Shown here: positions 48,313 through 54,118 of the stretch, in pieces | How the letters are laid out: each line of letters begins with the position of its first letter | How positions within the stretch are numbered: position 1 is the stretch's first letter | Origin: a virus | Lineage: Duplodnaviria > Caudoviricetes | Length of the DNA stretch: 64,000 bases | IMG/VR virus record: IMGVR_UViG_3300008262_000055 | Reading direction: 5' to 3' (one strand) | Notes under the pieces: model-generated | The model's database searches: none | Told to the model about the DNA's origin: nothing | Seen by the model: the letters and a program-made list of their open reading frames with translations, nothing else | Position numbers and translations under genes: made by a program

Positions 48313-48528
48313 ATTGTTAGTGTCTAGCTACTCCCACCACAGGAGCCCCAGACTGAGCTGTTACTCTGTCCATAACATTTCTTCTTCTGGGATGGCGTTA
48401 GACCACACCCTAGGCTGTTTTCGGTATCCCCATAACCGGGGACCGTAAGGTCGAGTCCTAGTGTACCCCCTGGTCTCTCGTTACAGGGACGCTTTTTCAT
48501 TAACGTAGAAAAAGTAAGACGGGGTCTG
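48313..48528 (-). ncRNA. Candidate structured ncRNA upstream of tRNA-fMet
   Basis: GC-rich non-coding stretch with multiple helices (CCCTG/CAGGG, CTAGG/CCTAG, GACC/GGTC, TCCCC/GGGGA, CCCAGA/TCTGGG, GCTCC/GGAGT). Confidence 0.55.
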
Positions 48529-49107
48529 TTAGATCAAACCTTCTGCTTGAAGTGTTGCCACAACTTCATCAGTTAAAGGAATCTCAGTCTTGATGTTTAA
48601 CTCAAGGATTTCGTCGTTGAGCTTTTGCTTCTGCTTCTTGAGATTCAAGATCTCAACTTTGATTCCATCTAGTTGTTCTTGGTAAAACACAGATGTTGTT
48701 ACAGTGTCATCACGACCGTAAAGGCTCGCCCGGCTTTCTTCCTTGCGATTGCGGATTTTTTCTAGTTTTCCCGAGATGACTAATTCGTCAATTCGAGTGT
48801 CATTAGAAACAAACTCCTGTAATTGAGCAGTTCTTTTTTCTATAAATGCCGCTTTAGTAAGACTTAGATCAATGCCGCTTTGGGCATTGGCTGCTCCTAC
48901 TAACCCTCTGATATTGTATAGAGCCAACAACAGTTTCTGTCTACGATTATCGTTGGCAAACAATAGGGCATTTGCTTCGCTGATAAATTTTTCAGCGTTC
49001 TGGAATTCGTTGATTTCAATACGAGATTCCAGTTTGATATTTTTTATTGCCTCAGTGATGGCATTTTGGATAGCGTTAGCTTTTCTTAGTGTAATGTTCA
49101 TTCCCAT
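48529..49107 (-). CDS. Conserved hypothetical coiled-coil protein
   Basis: 192 aa, MNITLRKAN... Confidence 0.8.
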   Translation of the reverse strand: MGMNITLRKANAIQNAITEAIKNIKLESRIEINEFQNAEKFISEANALLFANDNRRQKLLLALYNIRGLVGAANAQSGIDLSLTKAAFIEKRTAQLQEFVSNDTRIDELVISGKLEKIRNRKEESRASLYGRDDTVTTSVFYQEQLDGIKVEILNLKKQKQKLNDEILELNIKTEIPLTDEVVATLQAEGLI

Positions 49108-49325
49108 TTTCCTTTATCTTTACGTGGCAATTTTTTTAGATAATCTTCTTTAGTATAGAGACCTTCTTCAATCTCTTTTAACGCAGTTACAATTGGTCCA
49201 TTATCGGTTTTAATTTTAGGTGTTGATCCGTTTTTAAGTTCTCTAGCTCGTTGACTCGCTCCGAGAACAAGATCAAACAATCCACCAAATCTTAGTGCTG
49301 CCTTTTGAGAAGTGATTCTTGCCAT
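49098..49325 (-). CDS. rpoZ: RNA polymerase omega subunit-like protein
   Basis: MARIT...FDLVLGASQRAREL..G..P...P.VTALKEIEEG matches the RpoZ pattern. Confidence 0.8.
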   Translation of the reverse strand: MARITSQKAALRFGGLFDLVLGASQRARELKNGSTPKIKTDNGPIVTALKEIEEGLYTKEDYLKKLPRKDKGKWE

Positions 49326-49329
49326 TTGC

Positions 49330-49605
49330 TATCCTTATGTTATAATGACGGGTCAACGAAAGGTCAAGTAATAGACCGGACAATAGACAACGAAAGGGTT
49401 GTAATCTTTCTATGGCAATGTACAAAGTACAATACACAGAGGTCTATACATTTCCGATTAACAAATGACATTCTATTAGGGATCGGATCACATAAACACG
49501 GTCCAATTTCAAGTTGGATTGTAAGTTGGATTAGGCTTGGAGCCTAAGCCTGTGTCTATCCTCATCTACCCTTCGCATCACCGGTTGTGTATTGCTACAC
49601 AACAA
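49330..49605 (-). ncRNA. Candidate structured 5' leader / ncRNA
   Basis: ~280 nt between a promoter and the rpoZ-like gene; helices GTTGTGTA-GCAA-TACACAAC, TTAGGCT/AGCCTAA, CCGAT/ATCGG, ATAGACC/GGTCTAT, ACAAC/GTTGT. Confidence 0.5.
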
Positions 49606-49609
49606 AACA

Positions 49610-49638
49610 ATTATAGCATCATACTCTGTTAGAGTCAA
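49610..49638 (-). promoter_or_regulatory. sigma70-type promoter (extended -10)
   Basis: TTGACT-17 nt-TATAAT with TGn. Confidence 0.85.
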
Positions 49639-49653
49639 TGCTTTTTGGTAAAA

Positions 49654-49824
49654 TTAGTTTTTATCTTCGTCGAAACTTTTCAATAGATCAGCTTCATAGA
49701 TCGCTAATTCTTCACGAAATTGTTCTTCAGATAAACCATGCCACCCAATACACTTACCAGTAGGCGAACGGCCGCAACCACACTTACCAAATTCTTCGTT
49801 TTCAGGAACCGCTTTGATCTGCAT
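49654..49824 (-). CDS. Small CDGSH-like Cys/His protein (56 aa)
   Basis: Not in ORF track; CGCGRSPTGKCIGWH; AAGGA RBS. Confidence 0.65.
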   Translation of the reverse strand: MQIKAVPENEEFGKCGCGRSPTGKCIGWHGLSEEQFREELAIYEADLLKSFDEDKN

Positions 49825-49987
49825 CTTTATCTTCCTTATCTAAATCGTAATATTCATCTTTCATGATTGCTTCATCAAATTTTTCAGCATCAGTTTTTTT
49901 CTTTTTGCCAAATATAGCTTCAAATCTATTGTCAAATTCTTTTTGACTAACACTAAACGGTCTGGGTCTAGAACCTTTTCCTGCCAT
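49802..49987 (-). CDS. Small conserved phage protein
   Basis: MAGKGSRPRPFSV...; GGAGG RBS. Confidence 0.75.
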   Translation of the reverse strand: MAGKGSRPRPFSVSQKEFDNRFEAIFGKKKKTDAEKFDEAIMKDEYYDLDKEDKDADQSGS

Positions 49988-49988
49988 G

Positions 49989-50162
49989 TTATTCCTCCTT
50001 GGCGTCTCTTTTGCCTTTGGATATTCTAGGCTGGATTAATGATGCTAGCTCGGATTGTATTGCACTACGCTTAAATTCTCCACGCTTATGTGGATCAACA
50101 ATCGTTGCTAGAAATCTTTTGTTTTGCTTAGACATTCTAAAGTTTGCCGTGGGTTTTAACAT
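49989..50162 (-). CDS. Small basic hypothetical protein (57 aa)
   Basis: Not in ORF track; MLKPTANFRMSKQNKRFLAT...; AAGGA RBS. Confidence 0.65.
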   Translation of the reverse strand: MLKPTANFRMSKQNKRFLATIVDPHKRGEFKRSAIQSELASLIQPRISKGKRDAKEE

Positions 50163-50184
50163 TTATTTTTCCTTTTAATAAACT

Positions 50185-50276
50185 TGGTGGAAGGTGAGGG
50201 ATTCGAACCCTCGGGGCACCTTACGGCACCCCGCAGTTTAGCAAACTGCTGATTTAAGCCTCTCATCCAACCTTCC
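50185..50276 (-). tRNA. tRNA-Ser(GCT)
   Basis: Loop TT-GCT-AA, long variable arm, CCA. Confidence 0.95.
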
Positions 50277-50280
50277 ATAA

Positions 50281-50426
50281 CCATTAGTTAGTAGCACAGT
50301 TTACTATCCTCTTTGCTACCTATTGTTGGTCTGTTACACAGAACCAGTTACTAGTATCATAGGCTTCCCGCTTCAGACAAGGTTAGATCTGATCATGATC
50401 CGACGAGCTATGCTACTAACTAATGG
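50281..50426 (-). ncRNA. Candidate stem-closed ncRNA in a tRNA spacer
   Basis: 16-bp perfect terminal inverted repeat (50281-50296 / 50411-50426) with internal hairpins. Confidence 0.6.
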
Positions 50427-50507
50427 TGCCCCAGGAGAGACTCGAACTCTCACGCCTTGCGACATTGGCTTCTAAGACCAACGTGTCTACCATTCCACCA
50501 CCGGGGC
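50424..50507 (-). tRNA. tRNA-Leu(TAG)
   Basis: Loop CT-TAG-AA, long variable arm, CCA. Confidence 0.95.
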
Positions 50508-50517
50508 ATAATGTATT

Positions 50518-50546
50518 ATTATGTATTCTTTTTCTCTTTGTGTCAA
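50518..50546 (-). promoter_or_regulatory. Internal sigma70-type promoter
   Basis: TTGACA-17 nt-CATAAT. Confidence 0.7.
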
Positions 50547-50554
50547 CTATATTC

Positions 50555-50631
50555 TGGTACCCTTGAGAGGACTTGAACCTCCAAAACCTACGACCTCAAC
50601 GTAGTGCCTATACCAATTCGGCTACAAGGGC
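50555..50631 (-). tRNA. tRNA-Leu(GAG), short variable loop
   Basis: Loop TT-GAG-GT; variable region GTTTT only; CCA. Confidence 0.85.
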
Positions 50632-50632
50632 C

Positions 50633-50707
50633 TGGCCCGGCTGGAGGGAATCGAACCCCCATTTAGAGTTTAGAAGACTCCTGTCCTCTCCATTGAACGA
50701 CAGCCGG
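50633..50707 (-). tRNA. tRNA-Arg(TCT)
   Basis: Loop CT-TCT-AA, CCA. Confidence 0.93.
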
Positions 50708-50708
50708 A

Positions 50709-50858
50709 TTAACTTGGGATCATATGAGGAACATAAGGCACTGCCCTAGGGCCATGCCTTTGCTGTAACAGCATCCTTGCTTCTTCAGCAGAGTTAGCAC
50801 CAACACGATCTTTAAACTCTTTTCCGTCTACCCTAATAGTTGCTTCGTAAAGTTTCAT
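50709..50858 (-). CDS. Small hypothetical protein (49 aa)
   Basis: Start moved to MKLYEATIRV (track ORF reads through tRNA-Leu); AAGGA RBS. Confidence 0.7.
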   Translation of the reverse strand: MKLYEATIRVDGKEFKDRVGANSAEEARMLLQQRHGPRAVPYVPHMIPS

Positions 50859-50869
50859 TTTTATATCCT

Positions 50870-50953
50870 TGGTGCCCGGGGCCGGACTCGAACCGGCATG
50901 CCTTTCGACGGGAGATTTTAAGTCTCCTGTGTATACCATTTCACCACCCGGGC
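50870..50953 (-). tRNA. tRNA-Leu(TAA)
   Basis: Loop CT-TAA-AA, long variable arm, CCA. Confidence 0.95.
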
Positions 50954-50962
50954 AATGATCTA

Positions 50963-50991
50963 ATTATATGACATTAACACATGTATGTCAA
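50963..50991 (-). promoter_or_regulatory. Internal sigma70-type promoter
   Basis: TTGACA-17 nt-TATAAT. Confidence 0.85.
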
Positions 50992-51000
50992 CTGAAATTT

Positions 51001-51076
51001 TGGTGCTACCTCCAGGAATCGAACCTGGTTCAACGGTTCTTCAGACCGCCGCTATGACCACATCAGCTAAAGTAGC
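51001..51076 (-). tRNA. tRNA-Phe(GAA)
   Basis: Loop CT-GAA-GA (G37), CCA. Confidence 0.92.
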
Positions 51077-51484
51077 TTAGTCTACAGTAGTGTCAACTAC
51101 CTCTACACTAACATCTTCGGAATAGTATCCATTGCTGGAACCATACCATCGAACTGTTACACTACCTTTTCGTGTACGAAAACGATAGAATGTCCATGTG
51201 TATGATTCATCGTATTCATTTAGTGGCCCAGCTTCATAGTTAGAAACTTCTTCAGCTTCTACTAATGGTGCTCCAACTAGGTCTTCAAGATCCCCACAGA
51301 TGTCTTCTATGTAAACACTTTCGCAACAGTTTTGGTGATGTTGGAATCGTACATAGTTTGTCTTTGACAGATACAGAGTTAGTGTTTCGTCATCTGCTTC
51401 TGCTTTGTACAATGTTCGTCCTAGCAGTTCATCAAACTCTTGAACAGAACCTTTTAGTGTGTTTAATGTTTTTATTTTTTCCAT
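51077..51484 (-). CDS. Conserved hypothetical phage protein
   Basis: HHQNCCESVYIEDICGDL...YTWTFY...RWYGSSNGYYSE. Confidence 0.8.
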   Translation of the reverse strand: MEKIKTLNTLKGSVQEFDELLGRTLYKAEADDETLTLYLSKTNYVRFQHHQNCCESVYIEDICGDLEDLVGAPLVEAEEVSNYEAGPLNEYDESYTWTFYRFRTRKGSVTVRWYGSSNGYYSEDVSVEVVDTTVD

Positions 51485-51494
51485 AACAATTCCT

Positions 51495-51568
51495 TGGGGT
51501 GAAAGCGGGAATCGAACCCTGCCTTACTGTTTCACAGACAGCCGTGCAGCCACTACACTACTAACACC
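51495..51568 (-). tRNA. tRNA-His(GTG)
   Basis: G-1:C73, loop CT-GTG-AA; two acceptor mismatches and a bulged T-stem. Confidence 0.85.
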
Positions 51569-51574
51569 ATTGAT

Positions 51575-51649
51575 TGGCACCGCCGCCACGAGTTGAACGT
51601 GAACTTAAACCTTCGCAAAGTTTCGTGATATCCCTTTCACTACAGCGGT
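51575..51649 (-). tRNA. tRNA-Arg(GCG)
   Basis: Acceptor ACCGCTG/CGGCGGT, loop TT-GCG-AA, CCA. Confidence 0.85.
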
Positions 51650-51808
51650 ATCTTTTTCTAGAGCATCTTTACGCATCTTAAATGTACGATGTTCATTAGG
51701 TCGATGTACTATGAGATATTCTACTCCATCTATAACTTCGACCTTACGGACGTTGTCACAGACAAAACGCTCTCCATTCATACGATTTTTAAAAGTCATT
51801 GATTTCAT
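51605..51808 (-). CDS. Small hypothetical protein whose 3' end overlaps tRNA-Arg(GCG)
   Basis: Start moved to MKSMTFKNR with AAGGAG RBS; stop lies 45 nt inside the tRNA. Confidence 0.7.
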   Translation of the reverse strand: MKSMTFKNRMNGERFVCDNVRKVEVIDGVEYLIVHRPNEHRTFKMRKDALEKDTAVVKGISRNFAKV

Positions 51809-51824
51809 GACATTCTCCTTAAAG

Positions 51825-51902
51825 TGGCCGGCCCGGAGAGATTCGAACTCCCGACTTCCTGTTTCGAAGACAGGCACTCTAGTCCAGCTGAGTTACGGAC
51901 CG
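51825..51902 (-). tRNA. tRNA-Arg(TCG)
   Basis: Loop CT-TCG-AA, CCA. Confidence 0.93.
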
Positions 51903-51909
51903 ATATATT

Positions 51910-51983
51910 TGGTGCTCTCAAGAGGTAACGCTCCTCTGTTTCTACATTACCAATGTAGTGTAATGCTTTTATACTATAAGAGC
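51910..51983 (-). tRNA. tRNA-Thr(GGT)
   Basis: Loop TT-GGT-AA; atypical T-loop AGCGTTA; CCA. Confidence 0.85.
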
Positions 51984-51984
51984 A

Positions 51985-52058
51985 TGGCAGAGGGTAAAGG
52001 AATCGAACCTTTAATAACGGAATCAAAATCCGTGGTTATACCATTTAACTAACCCCCA
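51985..52058 (-). tRNA. tRNA-Gln(TTG)
   Basis: Loop TT-TTG-AT, CCA. Confidence 0.93.
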
Positions 52059-52068
52059 ACAAAATGAA

Positions 52069-52290
52069 TTTGTAAGCCTACGCCGCTTTTATCGTAGATT
52101 TATTCAGGACTTACCGGCCGCCTAGCCTGACCTCGAGCACGATGGATATCACTTGGGTTTCCACCAGCGTAGTCTCCGTTACAGACCCCTGCAGTTCCCC
52201 GCAGGGTGGGAGTTGAACCCATTTGCCTTTTGCGTCTAAGTACCTTCGAAGAATACTTTGAACGTGTTTCCACTTGCTGACACTTACAAA
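52069..52290 (-). ncRNA. Candidate Y-RNA/YrlA-like permuted tRNA mimic
   Basis: Terminal stem TTTGTAAG/CTTACAAA; inside, in order, T-arm TGGG-TTCAACT-CCCA, GGAA-capped 8-bp acceptor-like stem, D-arm-like GTCT-GTAACGG-AGAC. Confidence 0.6.
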
Positions 52291-52293
52291 ACT

Positions 52294-52368
52294 TGGTGGT
52301 AAAGGTGAGATTCGAACTCACACCGGGCACCGTATGAAGGTGTTGCACAACCATTATGCTACTTTACC
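52294..52368 (-). tRNA. tRNA with CAT anticodon (elongator Met or Ile2)
   Basis: G1-C72, loop TT-CAT-AC, CCA. Confidence 0.88.
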
Positions 52369-52369
52369 A

Positions 52370-52449
52370 TATAGAAACACACTCAAGTCCGCGGCTCGGA
52401 AGGCACTATACCCGCGATGGCTTATAGCCAGGCCTAGTGTGCTTTTATA
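52370..52449 (-). ncRNA. Candidate three-way-junction RNA in a tRNA spacer
   Basis: 14-nt closing stem (one mismatch, one G-U) enclosing TGGCT/AGCCA and CGCGG/CCGCG helices. Confidence 0.5.
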
Positions 52450-52524
52450 TGGTAGGGGCACCGGGACTCGAACCCGGATAGATCGGTTAAAAGCCGACTA
52501 TTCTAGCCTTTGAATTATACCCCC
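52450..52524 (-). tRNA. tRNA-Lys(TTT)
   Basis: Loop CT-TTT-AA, CCA. Confidence 0.95.
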
Positions 52525-52527
52525 GTA

Positions 52528-52602
52528 TGGTCCACGCTCTGAGAATCGAACTCAGTTCCTCCGGTTAAGAGCCGGTTACTTCGCCACTAAAGTTTAGCGT
52601 GG
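52528..52602 (-). tRNA. tRNA-Lys(CTT)
   Basis: Loop CT-CTT-AA, CCA. Confidence 0.92.
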
Positions 52603-52664
52603 TTGGTCGTAATTAAATTTGATTTAATGTGCCAACCAAGACCATTACGGGGTCAAAGTTGACA

Positions 52665-52688
52665 CTAACGTTTACCTGAACGTTTCAT
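52665..52688 (-). CDS. Micro-ORF MKRSGKR (putative leader peptide)
   Basis: AGGAG 6 nt before ATG AAA CGT TCA GGT AAA CGT TAG; followed by a hairpin and the tRNA-Lys pair. Confidence 0.5.
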   Translation of the reverse strand: MKRSGKR

Positions 52689-52784
52689 GTCATTCTCCTA
52701 TTTTAAATTATGATCAATAAAAATTATTAAAACTATAACCATGAGTAAAACTGCGACCGCCCCATTTTGTTTTCTCCTTATAAT

Positions 52785-52858
52785 TGGTTCCCAGAACAAG
52801 AATCGAACTTGTAATGACCGGTTATCAGCCGATTGTTATACCATTTAACTATCCGGGA
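52785..52858 (-). tRNA. tRNA-Ile(GAT)
   Basis: Loop CT-GAT-AA, CCA. Confidence 0.93.
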
Positions 52859-52869
52859 ATAAAACTGTC

Positions 52870-52877
52870 TATAAATA
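52870..52877 (+). promoter_or_regulatory. T4-type late promoter
   Basis: TATAAATA 5 nt before the ATG at 52883. Confidence 0.65.
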
Positions 52878-52882
52878 TCCGT

Positions 52883-53566
52883 ATGTTTAATACTGAAGCT
52901 CACATTAACGAACAATATAAAAATCAAACATTACTGTGGCATAGAGGCGACAGTGAAGAAAAGTTTGGATATAATAAATTAGACAAACGAATACAGTGGT
53001 GTCTAACTGAACATATCAATTATAAATTTAATTCTTATGGTTTTAGATCTGATGAATTTACTAATATTGATAACCTTGTATCATTAGGTTGTAGTTTTAC
53101 TTTAGGAACTGGTATTCCTTACGAATCTACATGGTCCTATATTATTAGTAAAAAATTAAATCTAGCAAATTTTAATTTAGCCATAGACAGTACTAGTGCC
53201 GACTGTTGTTTTAGAATGGCATACAATTGGATATCGCAATTAAAACCTAAGATTGTACTTTATCAAAGTCCTGATCCGTCAAGACTTGAATGGTTCGATG
53301 GTGAAAGTCGTAAACCTCACAATATGTCAGCTTCTTCTCATAACCATTCAAATTTTTATAAAGAATGGATTGTTGATGAAAAAAACCTAAAATTTAATCA
53401 TTTAAAAAATTTACACGCTATACAACACCTAGCCGAATCAGCGGGTGCTAAATTTGTCCATTTGTCTTTATCTAATATAGCTAGATTAGACTATGCTAGA
53501 GATGCAGGACATTACGGTCCTAACACCAATCGAGCTGTAGCTGAAAATATTTTACGCTCACTTTAA
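52883..53566 (+). CDS. SGNH-hydrolase-like protein, antisense within the tRNA array
   Basis: YKFNSYGFRS...LGCSFTLG...NLAI...HYG; start moved to MFNTEA. Confidence 0.75.
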   Translation: MFNTEAHINEQYKNQTLLWHRGDSEEKFGYNKLDKRIQWCLTEHINYKFNSYGFRSDEFTNIDNLVSLGCSFTLGTGIPYESTWSYIISKKLNLANFNLAIDSTSADCCFRMAYNWISQLKPKIVLYQSPDPSRLEWFDGESRKPHNMSASSHNHSNFYKEWIVDEKNLKFNHLKNLHAIQHLAESAGAKFVHLSLSNIARLDYARDAGHYGPNTNRAVAENILRSL

Positions 53567-53567
53567 T

Positions 53568-53657
53568 TGGTGGAAGCGGTGAGATTCGAACTCACGGACC
53601 CTTTCGGATCGTCTGTTTTCAAGACAGGTGCAATAAACCGGACTCTGCCACACTTCC
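53568..53657 (-). tRNA. tRNA-Ser(TGA)
   Basis: Loop CT-TGA-AA, long variable arm, CCA. Confidence 0.95.
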
Positions 53658-53663
53658 ATAACT

Positions 53664-53740
53664 TGGTACCCCTGGTCTGATTCGAACAGACAGCCAACTC
53701 CTTTTGAGAGAATCCGCACTACCAATTAGCGTACAGGGGC
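53664..53740 (-). tRNA. tRNA-Leu(CAA), short variable loop
   Basis: Loop CT-CAA-AA; variable region TGGCT only; CCA. Confidence 0.85.
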
Positions 53741-53745
53741 ATTAC

Positions 53746-53823
53746 TGGAGTGAGGAGTCGGATTCGAACCGACGGTTTTAGAGTTTTGCAGACTCTTGCA
53801 TTGGGCCTCTCTGCCATCCTCAC
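53746..53823 (-). tRNA. tRNA-Cys(GCA)
   Basis: Loop CT-GCA-AA, U73, CCA. Confidence 0.93.
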
Positions 53824-53831
53824 ATTGTCAT

Positions 53832-53923
53832 TGGTGCCTCCGGCGGGAGTCGAACCCACATTGGCCAATTATCTGTTGCACACGGGATATAAATCCGCTG
53901 TTTTACCATTAAACTACAGAGGC
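53832..53923 (-). tRNA. tRNA-Ile(TAT) with ~22-nt extra arm
   Basis: Loop TT-TAT-AT; extra region GTGCAACAGATAATTGGCCAAT; CCA. Confidence 0.8.
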
Positions 53924-53932
53924 ATAAAAACT

Positions 53933-54006
53933 TGGCTACCCACCAGGGACTCGAACCCCGACGAACAGTTTTGGAGACTGTCATGCTGCCATTACATCAG
54001 TGAGTA
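53933..54006 (-). tRNA. tRNA-Trp(CCA)
   Basis: Loop CT-CCA-AA, G73, CCA. Confidence 0.93.
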
Positions 54007-54011
54007 ATTCT

Positions 54012-54045
54012 TGGAGCGGGTAGCGAGAATCGAACTCGCGAATAA
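54012..54045 (-). pseudogene. 3' half of a tRNA (Gly-like: T-arm, acceptor strand, U73-CCA)
   Basis: TTATTC-GCGAG-TTCGATT-CTCGC-TACCCGC-T-CCA with no 5' half. Confidence 0.8.
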
Positions 54046-54118
54046 GTACACGGTACGAGAATCGAACTCGTCTTTCCGCCTTGAAAGGGCAGCGTCCTTA
54101 CCGATAGACGAACCGTGC
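54046..54118 (-). tRNA. tRNA-Glu(TTC), CCA truncated to C
   Basis: Loop CT-TTC-AA; fused directly to the tRNA remnant. Confidence 0.85.

Noticed and set aside
52069-52290. Two-piece (permuted) tmRNA
   Set aside because: No CCA after the T-arm, no G3:U70 alanine determinant and no convincing tag ORF.
52700-52780. Small membrane-protein ORF upstream of the MKRSGKR leader
   Set aside because: The ATG with an RBS gives only 10 codons, and the hydrophobic frame is out of register with it; at most a remnant.
50709-53566. Track starts for ORFs 50709-50939, 51605-51877 and 52784-53566
   Set aside because: The N-terminal extensions run through tRNA genes; downstream ATGs with RBS or promoter support were used instead.
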